64,000 nucleotides of DNA. Source: Octopus vulgaris (taxonomy: Eukaryota). A model generated the notes under the pieces. It searched no databases. It was not told the DNA's origin and saw nothing but the letters and a program-made list of their open reading frames with translations. The first letter of the stretch is position 1. Each line of letters opens with the position of its first letter. This document shows, one piece after another, positions 40,936-53,736 of this stretch. The stretch is from contig OX597827.1 in the NCBI GenBank assembly GCA_951406725.2, positions 32,550,001-32,614,000 of the forward strand, written 5' to 3'. A program made the position numbers and the translations under genes.

Positions 40936-41053
40936 ACACTGCTTTGCGACGCAAAAAGATGACAATGATTCTTGGTGTCTTGCAACAGATTGACATTGAT
41001 GGAAACAACATCTGCGTAAGAGTACCTGTGCGTGCGTACGTGCGTGTGAGTGC

Positions 41054-41130
<77 letters not shown>

Positions 41131-41607
41131 TGCGAATGAGTTACTGCTCTCTCTTCCTCTCTTTCCCTCTCTCCATTTCTCTCTCTCTCTCCCTCCCGCC
41201 GTGTCAACGAACCCTCGTTCCTGGCTTATTAATTATGACGTACTGTCACACCTGGCCACTTCCTTATGTCGCTCGAACAATACCTCTTTGATAAGTGCCT
41301 CAGTCGTTCCACAGCACTCTCCGTGTGCTTTATGACAATGGGGTTACCATAGTTATTGTTACTTCTCTCCCTACTTCCCCTCCCCCTTCTCTCTCACACA
41401 CACGCATACACACAGATTCACTATACCAACTGCTCACAGACGTTTTAACTAATGTCTTTTACAGCCTTCCTGATGGATCTGTAAGAAATAACCTCGTGCC
41501 TGGCATTCAGAGTAAAACATTGAAAATCTCCCGCGAATGAAACTCCACAAACGTCGTCTTAATTGACGTTGGCTGTTATTGCAAGAAATATATTCACTGT
41601 GATAATC

Positions 41608-42002
41608 TTTTCTACTCTAGGCACAAGGCCCGAAATTTTGGGAGAGGGGACTAGTCGATTAGATCGACCCCAGTACGCAACTGGTACTTAACTTATCGAT
41701 CCCGAAAGGATAAAAGGTAAAGTCGACCTCGGCGAAATTTGAACTCACAACGTAAAGACAGACGAAATACCTATTTCTTTACTACCCACAAGGGGCTAAA
41801 CTCAGAGAGGACAAACAAGGAGAGACAAACGGATTAAGTCGATTATATCGACCCCAGTGCGTCACTGGTACTTATTTAATCGACCCCGAAAGGATGAAAG
41901 GCAAAGTCGACCTCGGCGGAATTTGAACTCAGAACGTAAAGACAGACGAAATACTGCTAAACATTTCGCCCGGCGTGCTAACGTTTCTGCCAGCTCGCCG
42001 CT
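41608..42002 (-). mobile_element. SINE family A dimer
   Basis: Two tandem units; flanked by tatattcactgtgata duplication (about 41588 and 42004). Confidence 0.92.
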
Positions 42003-42026
42003 TTATATTCACTGTGATAGTGTATT

Positions 42027-42280
42027 GGAGAGGCGCGTGGCTTAGTGATTAGGGCGTTGGACTCATGATCGTAAGATTGTGGTTTCGATTCCTGAACCGG
42101 GCGATGCTTTGCATTCTTGAGCAAAACACTTCATTTTACGTTACTCCAGTTCACTCAGCTGGCAAACATGAGTAATCCTGTGACGGACCGGCGTCCCATC
42201 CATTGGGGCAATATATACACCATGGAAGCTGGGAAACTGGCCCTCATGATTCCAAACGGCTCCGGAAGAAACTTTGCTAC
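42027..42280 (+). mobile_element. SINE family D-related
   Basis: GGCGCGTGGCTTAGTGATTAGG...GGTTTCGATTCC head; ttgagcaaaacacttcattttacgttactccagttcactcagctg. Confidence 0.85.
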
Positions 42281-42294
42281 TCTTTCTAATATAA

Positions 42295-42510
42295 TTCTTT
42301 CCACCGGAAGCATAAGGTCACAAATTTTAGGGGAAGAGATTAAGTCGATTACATCGACCCCAGTGCGTAACTGGTACTAATTTTATCGACTCCGAAAGGA
42401 TGAAAGGCAAAGTTGACCTCGGTGGAATTTGAACTCAGAACGTAACGGCGGACTGAATACAGCAAAGCATTTCCGCCGGCGTGCTAGCGACTCTGCCAGC
42501 TCACCGCCTT
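42295..42510 (-). mobile_element. SINE family A
   Basis: Match to family A. Confidence 0.85.
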
Positions 42511-42539
42511 AAACTACACTTTCTAATGTAATAAAAATA

Positions 42540-42860
42540 TGTTCGCTGCCAGAGATAAATATGTTCAGTCAGCAACAATTGTGTTCACTACTAGCGATAA
42601 ACAGGTTTACTAACAGATATAAATGATAAACGTGTTCGTCGCCAGAGATAAACATGCTCCCGATAGCGACAAACACGTTCACTGAAAGGTGTAAACATGT
42701 CCACTGTCAGAGATAAACACGTTCATTTACAGAGATAAACATTCCACTGCCAGATATAAACACGTTCACAGACAGAGGTAATCACATTCAATGTCAGGGT
42801 AGACATGTTCACTGCCACAGATAAACATGTTCGTTTACAGTCATAATCATGTTCACTGCC
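42540..42860. repeat. 22-bp minisatellite (gttcactgccagagataaacat), about 15 diverged copies
   Basis: Direct reading of periodic units. Confidence 0.85.
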
Positions 42861-43009
42861 TCTACTGATGATATTAACCTGTTGCTTCAGTAAATATGCC
42901 TAGTACGAATATTGGCAGCCGAGTTTATGGGAAAACTGATAGAATTAATATTGTTGTTATTGCTGCTTTTGCTGTTGAGCGTAGCGGTCTTCGTCCAGTA
43001 GGAGAAGTC

Positions 43010-43332
43010 CGAAACGTGGTCCTTTGTTATTCGTAAGACCCGCAGAAGAGAAAGCAGGTCAACCCCCGACAACTAGAGCATCGACGGATGGATGAGTGCG
43101 CATCCAGGCTCAGCGGTTGTGTAGGAAGTCGGGGACAAGAAACAGGAAGAAAGAGTGAGAGAAAGTTGGGGCGAAAGAGTACAACAGGGTTCACTACCAG
43201 CTCCTGCCAGAGCCTCATGGAGCTTTAGGTGTTTTCGCTCAATAAACACACACAACGCCCGGTCTGGGAATCGAAACCGCGATCCTCCGACCGCGAGTCC
43301 GCTGCCCTAACCACTGGGCCATTGCGCCTCCA
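43010..43332 (-). mobile_element. SINE family C
   Basis: Reverse complement of the 32812 head and body. Confidence 0.9.
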
Positions 43333-43628
43333 CTTGCTGCTGCTGCTGCCACTTCTGCTAGTGTTTATCCCAGATCAACCCTGATCAAGTAAATCCATAA
43401 TCAAAGTGTTCGTACCGTTATCATTCCATCTATAGCAATCTTATGCAAACGACAGTTTAGTTATCACATGTGTTACTACTTTCACCAATCAGAAAGTTGG
43501 ACCAATGAGAGACAACTTTGCCGGTGGGAAATTTTCCTGTTATTTTGTTTTAAAAAAAGCACTCGACATTTTAGCTTTCTTGAAACAGAAGAGTAAGTTG
43601 TATTATTCTATACTTTCTTTTTATTCCT

Positions 43629-43719
<91 letters not shown>

Positions 43720-43728
43720 ATCTATCTG

Positions 43729-43783
<55 letters not shown>

Positions 43784-43912
43784 GTCTATCTATCTATCTG
43801 TCTATCTATCTATCTGTCTATCTATCTATCTGTCTGCCTGTCTGTCTATCTATCTATCTGTCTGTCCGTACGTCTGTCTGTCTGTCCGTCCATCCGTCTG
43901 CTTGTCTGTTTG

Positions 43913-43963
<51 letters not shown>

Positions 43964-44475
43964 GTTCTCCTTTCGTTCCGGTCTAACGACCCACCATGTC
44001 TGTTTTCGTCCGGTCTCCTTGTATGTCGCCACAGTTGTTTTTTTGTTTCCAGCTTTGACCCGCCATAAATCCTAAATTTTATTTTAGAATTTATGGGAGC
44101 TACTGTCTTTGAAGACTCATATAGTCGTCCGAATGCTCGAAATGAGGAGTAGATAGACAGCGACAACTGATGAAGGGTCTTTTTTCTGTGTTAACTTGTC
44201 CTTTTTTCCATTTATTCTCGTCGTTTACGCGTTTCACTCGTTTTTCCCTCGTTTGTTTACGTATTTGTCGCTTTTGTCCTGTAATTACTATCCACCTCTT
44301 GTATCTATCTCTCGTGTTATGTTATTTGCACCGTTGGTGACGTCCTGTACCAATATATATATATATATATGTATATTGGCAGGGCAGACTGCTAGGTAGT
44401 CGGCCGTATGCTAGAAATAGATCATCAACGATCAAACTACAAAGAAAGTTCTCTAGAGGAAAAATTCAGCGAACA

Positions 44476-44548
<73 letters not shown>

Positions 44549-45486
44549 ATTATATTATATTATATTATATTATATTATATTATATTATATTATATTATAT
44601 TTCTTCCTCTTAATTAGAAACGTGCCTTGAACATAGCCTCGACAGAATAGAAACGGTTATCTTAAATCACATGCTATTCTATCAGAATCAGAAATCCTTC
44701 GTCAACTGTTATTTCCACTATCTTAAAAACACGTGCGTTATCTTCTTGTTCTTTCTGCTGCTTCCAGTTATTCGTTTGTAATCAGTTTTACTTTAGAAAG
44801 GCTGACATATATGTCTATGCACATTTTATAACATTTTGCACAATATATTATTTGTCTGAATCTGTAAAACAAGAAAACTTGAAAATCGTATTTACATACA
44901 TTTTCACAAACACGTCTATGAATAAATTTTTTTTAAATTAATTTAATTAATTTAATTAATTTTGTAATTAAAGAGCTGTTATATTCTTATCGAGCTCTCT
45001 CTTTCTTCGAACCTGCATTCAATAAATACGTGCTATTGTATTATTTTTACCATCAATATCTGAAGAGGTCTATTTTCAATTCATGTCTTCGTAACAAAAG
45101 AAAAATAAATAACAATCACTATTGTGCCTGTTATGACTACGAACAATCTTTTAAAATGTTTTTATATACATATTTTCTTCAGACAAGATGTTGCTTGGAC
45201 TGTGATGGTGAATTTCTATAGCCCGGTGTGCCGATATTTCAAAATACCATATATTAAAATCATATTATTGGAATATTACATGTACACATGTATTTTAGTT
45301 TGGGTGCATAGTTATAAATAAGTATATTCATAGCATAATACTGTAAGGAGATCGTTTTTATTTTCCCAAGTCCATCACACCTCACCCAAAACTTCTAAAA
45401 ATGTCATAGGTTCACCATCATTATTCTGGGACCACGTTATGCAATATATGCTTCTTTTGTATTTTTTATTTATTTTTTTTTTTTAG

Positions 45487-45597
45487 AAAATACAATGTGG
45501 TGTAATGGAAATATGGCTGCTACTTCCAACAGATCAAATCAAACAACGATGTCGGATGTTAGTGACATTGGTGGCAGTGATGATGATATTGGCAACG
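45487..45597 (+). other. Candidate internal exon (111 nt)
   Basis: T-tract + TAG acceptor, ACG|GTAAGA donor, length divisible by 3, two open frames (KIQCGVMEIWLLLPTDQIKQRCRMLVTLVAVMMILAT or ENTMWCNGNMAATSNRSNQTTMSDVSDIGGSDDDIGN). Confidence 0.4.
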
Positions 45598-45752
45598 GTA
45601 AGAGCGAAAACGAGGGCGGGGTAGGATCGGTGTTGCTGGCCGAACAGAACTATGATCAAAGGCATTCCAACTGTGACCATCCTGTCTATTTTTCTGTGCA
45701 GGAAACTCAGGAACACATTACCCAACGCATCCTTTATACTAAGATGCTAAAG

Positions 45753-46384
45753 CAGTGATTCTCAATGAAGGTCTGTATGACATTTGAGGGTCTGATTCTC
45801 AATCGAAGTCCATATAACCTTTTGGGGTCTATATGACATTTAGGGGTGGGGGCCACATAAGATTTCGTTGTTAGAATTTATGTGCAATAAATTGGTTACG
45901 GTTCTATGATGAACCAAATATTTTAACAATTGTTTTTATACAATTCCTAGTAATATTAATACCTAGTAATAGGAGCACTCCGTCGGTTACGACGACAAGC
46001 GCCCCAGCTGATACAATCAACGGAACAGCTTGCTCGTGAGATTAACGTGCAAGTGGCTGAGCATTCCACGGATACGCATACCCCTTTACATATTTCTCAG
46101 AGAGATTCAGCGTGACACAGAGTGTGACAAAGCTGGTCCCTTGAAATACAGGTACTACTCATTTTTGCCAGCTGAGTGGACTGGAGCAACATGAAATAAA
46201 GTGTTTTGCTCAAGGACACAACGTGCCTCCGGGAATCGGACATGCGACCCTACGATCGCGAGTCGAATGCCCTAACCATATGATAGGGTTTTTAAAGCCT
46301 CCAATGGCTTCGTAGGGTCCGCCCGGGCAAAATAGGGTACAAAGGGGCCCAGAGGTAAGAAAAAAAAATGATTGAGAATCACTG
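45753..46384. mobile_element. hAT(Charlie)-like MITE with nested SINE family D (45965-46280)
   Basis: TIRs CAGTGATTCTCAA / TTGAGAATCACTG; 8-bp TSD-like tgctaaag / gtctaaag. Confidence 0.8.
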
Positions 46385-46514
46385 GTCTAAAGTATGAATG
46401 CTATTTGAGGGAGACCTGGCTGCTAGTTCTAGCTGATCGAACGTCAACGCAGAGACTTCCTCTTTGCATGGCGATGTTGATAGTATCGGCGGCGGTTTCT
46501 GGAGAGCATGATAG

Positions 46515-46564
46515 CAATGTTAGTAGTGGTAGTGGTGGTGGTGGTGGTAGTAGTAGTAGTAGTG

Positions 46565-46613
<49 letters not shown>

Positions 46614-47792
46614 CAGCAACAGCAGAAGTAGTAGTGGTGGTGATAGTGGTAGTGGTTTGGTGGTGGTAATAGTTGTGGTGTTGGTGGTTGTAGTAGTAGT
46701 GGCAGTGATAGTGGTGGTGGTGGTGGTAATGGTGGTGGTGGCGGTAGTAGTAGTAGTGACAGCTGTAATGGTCCTAGTTACGTAGTACCAGATGAAGGAG
46801 ACGAAACAAAAAAAGTAAGGATTACAATAAAAGTGTTCAACAACGACTACAACAGCAACACAACAACAACAACCACAATAACAACAACAACCTTGACACG
46901 ACATTAAAGCTTTACACGTAAGAGATCTAAAGTATGTCACAACAACAACAGCAAGTGAATGGGTAAGGGCGGCGGTGGGGGGGATGGCAGCTTAAATTTG
47001 TTTTGATTTTTTTTCCCCTTTTTTAAATGTCCCTTCTCTGAAAAATAAAACAAAAGATTAAAGCGCATACTACAATGTCAGCAAGAAGAAGACCAAGAAC
47101 CAAACGCCGTCGCCGCCGCCGCCGCTGCCAGCACACCATCGGCGCCACCACAGCCACCGGGAACAGCCCCAGTAGTTACATATTGATTGGATCTAATGGT
47201 ATGACTGGTATGCCTGGAATGTCAGGCTATCAATCACCAAAGTATTGGAAGAATGTTAATACTCTTTAGTAGTAAAAGGGACCTAAGTAGGAGGGGGGTG
47301 GCGTTGGCGGCGGTGGTGGCAGTGGTGGTGGTGGTGGCAGTGGTGGTGGTGGTGGTGGTGGTGGTGGTGGTGGTGGTGGTGGTGGTGGTGGTGGTGGTGG
47401 TTTTGGTAGCGGTGGTGGTGATGGTGATGGTGATGGTGATGGTGATGGTGGTAAGGGTGCTGCTGCTGGCGATGATGGTAGAGGTGGTAGAGGCGGTGTT
47501 AAGAGTGGTGTTGATGGTAGTGGTGATGGTGGTGGTGATGATGGTGGTATTAGTGGTGGTTGTGGTGGTGATGGTGGTAGTGGTGGTGATAGTAGTGCTG
47601 GTGTTGTTGGTGGTGTTGGTGGTGGTCGTGGTCGTGGTATTCACGGTGATAATGTTGGTATCGGAGCTAGTTGTTGGTGGTGAGAGCTGAAGTGGTTTTT
47701 GGGCGGTGGCGGTGGCAGTGTTTTAACATTAGTAGGGGTTATAACACGGTTGCGATACTTGATGATGATGATGATGATAATGATTATGGTGT

Positions 47793-47831
<39 letters not shown>

Positions 47832-48000
47832 GGTTGATGGTGATGATGTTAATGATGATGTTGATGACGATGATGACAGTTATGTTGAAGCGAGTAACGA
47901 TGACGACAGCGATGACCGTGACGACAACGACGAGAAATGATGACGATGGTGGTGGTGGTGGCGATGGTGATGACGATTAGTTGCAGAGTGCTGACAGTTT

Positions 48001-48043
<43 letters not shown>

Positions 48044-48600
48044 CAGTAGTAGTGCAGCAGCAGCAACAGCGGCAATGACAGTAACAGTAGCAACAGCAGG
48101 AACAGTGTCAGCAGCAGTAAGGTAAATATGCGGTGGGGCTAACAGCAGCAGCAGCAGCAGCAGCCTGTATCAACAGATGCAGTAGCGGCCGGTAATTGCG
48201 GAAGCTGAGAGCACTGGTGACGCCAGCAGTAATTGGTCGTAATGGCAGTGGTGGTGGTGGTGGTGGTGGTGGTGGTGGTGGTGAGGTGTGTGTGAGTGTG
48301 GTCGTGGCGGTTATGGTAGCAATTGTAGTGGCGGCGGTAGTGGTACTGGTGATAATGGTTATTAGTGGTGGTGGTGGTGGTGATGGCGGTCGAAGTCGTC
48401 GTCATCGTCGTTGTTATTGTTGCTTGAACGAAGGCCAGCTTATGACCAAAGGACGGTCCGATCGTGGCCACAGCGATTTCTTTTACAGACACAGCATATC
48501 ATTTGAACTACATCATTTCAATAAGCCTTAAATTCTTGTCATTACTACTGTTGCTGTTGCTGCTGCCGTGACTGCTGCTGCTGCTGCTGCTATTCTTTAA
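46515..48600. repeat. Mosaic trinucleotide-repeat field (GGT, AGT, GAT, CAA, CAG, CGC)
   Basis: Direct reading. Confidence 0.9.
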
Positions 48601-48709
48601 TTCTCAAATCAACACCTTAACTGAGCAGACATATATTTAAAAAAAAGCTTTCTCGCCATTTCTGTCAGATAAAACCGTATTCGCCATTTCATTATCATTA
48701 TCAAATAAT

Positions 48710-48896
48710 TACTGTGTGGTAAGTAGTTTGCTTACCAGCCACATGGTTCCGGGTTCAGTCCCACTGCGTGGCACCTTGAACAAGTGTCTTCTACTACAGC
48801 CTCGGGTCGACCAAAGCCTTGTCAGTGGATTTGGTAGACGGAAACTGAAAGAAGCCCATCATATATATACATATATATATGTATGTATGTATACAT

Positions 48897-48957
<61 letters not shown>

Positions 48958-49165
48958 TGTGTCTGTGTTTGTCCCCTCCCCCAACATCGCTTGACAACCG
49001 ATGCTGGTGTGTTTACGTCCCTGTCACTTAGTGGTTCGGCAAGAGAGACCGATAGAATAAGTACTAGGCTTACAAAAAATAAGTCCTGGCGTCGATTTGC
49101 TCGACTAAAGGCGGTGCTCTAGCATGGCCGCAGTCAAATGACTGAAACAAATAAAAGAAAAAAGT
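48710..49165 (+). mobile_element. SINE family B, full-length with internal (GT)n
   Basis: tgtgtggtaagtagtttgcttacc..gggttcagtcccactgcgtggcaccttgaacaagtgtcttc...A-rich tail. Confidence 0.92.
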
Positions 49166-49219
49166 AAAAGAAAGACAATAAGAGCGGAGGATTTAATTGG
49201 AGGGAGATATGTCATTCGT

Positions 49220-49718
49220 TGCCGTGTGGTAAGAAGTTTTCTTCGCACCACATGGTTCCGGGTTCAGTCCCGCAGCATATCACCGTGGTCAATTGTTTTC
49301 CACTGATAACCCTTGGCCGAGCGAAGCGCTCCGATTGGATTTCGTTGATTGAAACTGAAAGAAGCACGTCGTATCTTTAAACTTGTTCCAGTGGCCATAC
49401 TGGAGCACCGCCTTGAAGAATCTTAGTCGGATGAATCAATCCCAGCACTTGTTTGTTGAAGCCTATTCTTTTGTTTCGTTTTCTTTGCTGAACCGCTAAG
49501 TTGCGGGGACGTAAACACACCAACACCGGTTGTCAAGTGGTGATGGGGGACAAATACAGACACAGAGACACACACACACACACATATATATATACATATA
49601 CGTCGGGCTTCTTTCAGTTTCCTTTTGTCAAATCCATTCACAAGGCTTTGGTCGGCCCGAGGCTATAGTAGAAGACACTTGCCCAAGGTGCCACGCATGT
49701 GGTTGGAAAGCAAACGTC

Positions 49719-49786
<68 letters not shown>

Positions 49787-50030
49787 CGTGCGCGTTCGTC
49801 TTTGTCCACCACCACTGCTTGACCACCACCACCGCTTGACCACCGGTGTTAGTCTGTTTACGTCACCATAACTTAGCAGTCCAGTAAAAGAAGATTGAGA
49901 GAATAAGTACCAAATTTAAAAAAAAAAGGTTTGGGGTTGTCCTGTTAAGCTAAACCCTTCAAGGCGGTGCCCCCGCATGGCAACAACCCAATGGCTGAGA
50001 CAAGCAGAATAAATAAATAATAAAAGAATA
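49220..50030. mobile_element. Cluster of SINE family B copies in alternating orientation
   Basis: +49220-49375, -49380-49720, +49800-50030. Confidence 0.8.
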
Positions 50031-50374
50031 AAGATGGTTTTTCTCGCGCCGCTGATATGCTTGGCTGAATATCCTGTCTGCCAACAATGGCTGAATGACC
50101 ATATGAAACTCGAGGGAAATGGTTCAAAAGAGCAAAAAAGCATACAAAATGTTCATGTGGTAGAGTGTCTCTGAGCTTGTTGGGTAAATATGACGTGATA
50201 AACGTCAAGGAAGAGGGAGATTATTTGTGTACTTCTCTCTACGGCAGTTTGGAAAAAAAAATGTGCAACAAGCAAGGGAGGTTACTCTAATCAAAACGTG
50301 CGTGTGTGAAGTGTGTATTGAGGTATACATATGCCGTTGCGTATATCGCTTCCATCCTCACTCTGTCCGCCTGT

Positions 50375-50425
<51 letters not shown>

Positions 50426-50635
50426 TTTCTCTCTCCCCGTCTCTCTCTTTATATATGTGTGTATGTGTGTGTATGTATGTACTTATGTATGTATTTATGT
50501 ATGTATGTATGTATGTATGTATGTATGTATGTATGTATGTATGTATGCATGTATGTATGTATGTTGTGTATATGAATGTATGAATATGTGAACGTGTTAT
50601 ATATGTGTGTGTATATATACATGTATGCTTATGTG

Positions 50636-50666
<31 letters not shown>

Positions 50667-52200
50667 GGAGAAATTCGTTAGACGCAGGTTATATACCGAA
50701 ACAGTTTCTATCCCAGTCGGTCATCCCGGTTTTCAAACAGGGAAACAGATCCCTCGCAGTCAACTATCGCCCAATCTCACTCACCTCCCACATCATTAAA
50801 GTGTTTGAAAGAGTGTTAAGATCAAGGATAGCTGACTTCCTGGAGACCCACAAACTCCTAAATGCAAATCAGCATGGCTTTCGCTGTGGCAGGGACTGTC
50901 TAACACAGCTCTTACACCACATTGAAGATGTACTCAAAGCCTTGGGAACAGGTTCGAACTCTGACGTTATATATCTTGACTTCAGTAAAGCGTTCGACAG
51001 GGTAGACCATAATATCCTACTCTCAAAATTGGCAAATGTTGGAATCCGTGGAAAAGTTCTACACTGGATTAAGTATTTCCTAGCGAATAGAAACAATATG
51101 TTGTAGTTGATGGAGTCCACTCAAGCCCAGCAAAAGTCACCAGCGGTGTTCCCCAGGGGACTGTTTTGGGTCCGCTACTCTTCATAATTTACATAAACGA
51201 CCTTTCCAGTGTCGTACACTACTGCAAAGTGAAAATATTTGCTGATGACACTAAGCTCCAGCAAATCGTCAATGAAGAAGCAGACCGAACTCAACTCCAG
51301 TCTGATCTATATGCTGTGAGTCAATGGGCAGACAGAAACAAAATGCAACTGAACGAGGGAAAATTAGAGCTGATGCATTTTGGAAGAAATTCCTCACTAA
51401 AACAACTATACTCTCTTTCTTCAGGGGAACCGCTCACAGCCTCTAACAATATCAGAGACCTGGGTGTAATTGTTGATGACGATCTCAGTTGGAGAGCACA
51501 CATCAACAAGAGTGGATATAGCTCGTAGGATGAGTTCCTGGATCTTAAGAACTTTCCGGTCCAGAGAACAAGGTGTCATCATACCACTTTTCTCCTCCTT
51601 TGTTCGGTCACACCTTGAATACTGCTGCCCACTGTGGTCTCACCATACAAGACAAAACATCTCCAGGATTGAGTCACCCCAGAGGGCACTCACTAAACGA
51701 ATTGAAGACATGGCTGCTCTCGATTATTGGGATCGCCTTAAAGCCTTGAAACTTTACTCCCTCCAGCGGTACATCATTTGTACGATGTGGAGAATATACC
51801 GCCAACTTTGCCCAAACGACCTTAACATTAGCTTCAAGGTTCATCCAAGACTGGGACCACGGGCCATACGTCCCCTACCCAATTCAAGATCACAACATAC
51901 ATGTACACTGCAACATAATTTCTTTTCCTCAACAGGCCCTGCCCTATTTAACATTGTCCCGAGGGAGATCAAAGAGGAAAAGGATCCCATCAACTTTAAA
52001 CGGAGTCTGGATAGATTCCTTCAAAGCATACCAGATAAGCCACCCATAATTGGATACAACTCACCCAACAAGAACTCACTACTTGAACAAAACTTGACTT
52101 AAACAAAACTTGACTTAAACAAAACTTGACTTAAACAGGTTCGAATAATCCTATCAGGTGGTGCTATTAAGTTTGGTCGAAACATATCTAATTTATCTAA
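50667..52200 (+). mobile_element. 5'-truncated CR1/L2-group LINE (RT domain, C-terminus and 3'UTR), two frameshifts
   Basis: NYRPISLTS, NQHGFR, YLDFSKAFDRVDH, SGVPQGTVLGPLLFIIYINDL, KIFADDTKL, RDLGVIVD, VRSHLEYCCPLW; stop at 52102. Confidence 0.95.
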
Positions 52201-52201
52201 G

Positions 52202-52255
<54 letters not shown>

Positions 52256-52531
52256 GAACTTTGCTCGAAACGTTAAAGCATCTTTCTTTCCTTCCCTTGA
52301 GCGTCTGCTAATACTTTACATGTACCACGTCCTCGCGTTGTTGCTTTTTTTTCTGTGTTTGTTCTTTCACTTTTGTATGTATGTATGTATGTATGTATGT
52401 ATGTATGTATGTATGTATGTATGCATGTATGTATGTATGTATGTATGCATGCATGTATGTATGTATATATAATATACATACATACATGCATGCATACATA
52501 CATACATACATACACACATACATACATACAT

Positions 52532-52582
<51 letters not shown>

Positions 52583-53019
52583 GTGGGTTACATTGTCTAA
52601 TGTGAGTCTTCTCTTTTAAGATAGTAGGGTGAGTAATTTTGAGGGAAATCTATCTGTTATTCTTAGCAGGTCGAGTCATCACGTAGAAGTTGGTGCAAGT
52701 TCTTTCTTTGTTGCTCTTGTACCTGTTGCTGTTTAGCCCCACATTAACTCTGATCAAGGAAACCTACGATAAAAAAATGTTTCATTTGTGTTATCTATAT
52801 ATATATGACTATGTATGTGAGTGTGTGATGGAGTGGTGGGGGTGGAGGGGTGTTCTTGAATTTTACTACGATTCTTGCCTGGAATTTTTCCTTAGCTACA
52901 AACATAGCTATTACAGAATAGAAATATACGTATGCTGATTCCTTTTAATAAATCTATTCTAACTTGTTTTAATGTAATATATTGCATTTCCCAATGATCA
53001 ATCGTTTTATCAAACAGAC

Positions 53020-53184
53020 TCCATTAATACAGTTCTATACTTAAGAAGTGAGGAATTATGTACATTATTTACATTTGACGGATATTTGTCCTCATCTTGT
53101 ATACTGTTAACATAACGTTTCGGCTGATATACCCTCCTGCCTTGGGGGAAATTACTAAGGTATTTTTCGATCTTGTTGTTGTTA

Positions 53185-53270
<86 letters not shown>

Positions 53271-53345
53271 TAGGTCACTGCCTGGAATCGAACTCGGAAT
53301 CTTGGGGTTAGTAGCCCGCGCTGTTAACCACTCTGCCATATGCAC
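53020..53345 (-). mobile_element. tRNA-headed SINE with (AAT)n(AAC)n middle and hammerhead-like tail, copy 1
   Basis: Minus: TGGCAGAGTGGTTAA...GAGTTCGATTCCAGG, (AAT)n, aagatcgaaaaatacctta, ggcaggagggtatatcagccGAAACg. Confidence 0.8.
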
Positions 53346-53407
53346 GTAGTGGCTAAGAGCCTGCGCTACTAACCCCAAGATTCCGAGTTCGATTCCAGGT
53401 AGTGTCC

Positions 53408-53480
<73 letters not shown>

Positions 53481-53590
53481 GATCGAAAAATACCTTAGGA
53501 ATGAGAACCCTGGTTCGAAATTTCCCCAAGACACCTGATGAAAGTTGGAAGGTGTATCAGCCGGACAAATGTAAATAATGTAAATTCTGA
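53343..53590 (+). mobile_element. Same SINE, copy 2, head-to-head with copy 1
   Basis: TAGTGGCTAAGAGC...GAGTTCGATTCCAGG, (AAT)n(AAC)n, aagatcgaaaaataccttagg, cCTGATGAaagttggaaggtgtatcagcc. Confidence 0.8.
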
Positions 53591-53736
53591 AATGTTGTAA
53601 CGCCTTCTCCAATCAGCTTTAAATGCTACTTTGTTTATTCGCCAGATAACACTCGTTGCACCATTTATAGGCCTTCATATCGTTCCAAAAGTTTCCCTTT
53701 TGTCTGATGATCGGTTATGTGAAACTCAGTGGAACA

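Noticed and set aside
42540-42860. CRISPR-like periodicity (also 20070-20250)
   Set aside because: No unique spacers, degenerate tandem units, eukaryotic context and no cas genes.
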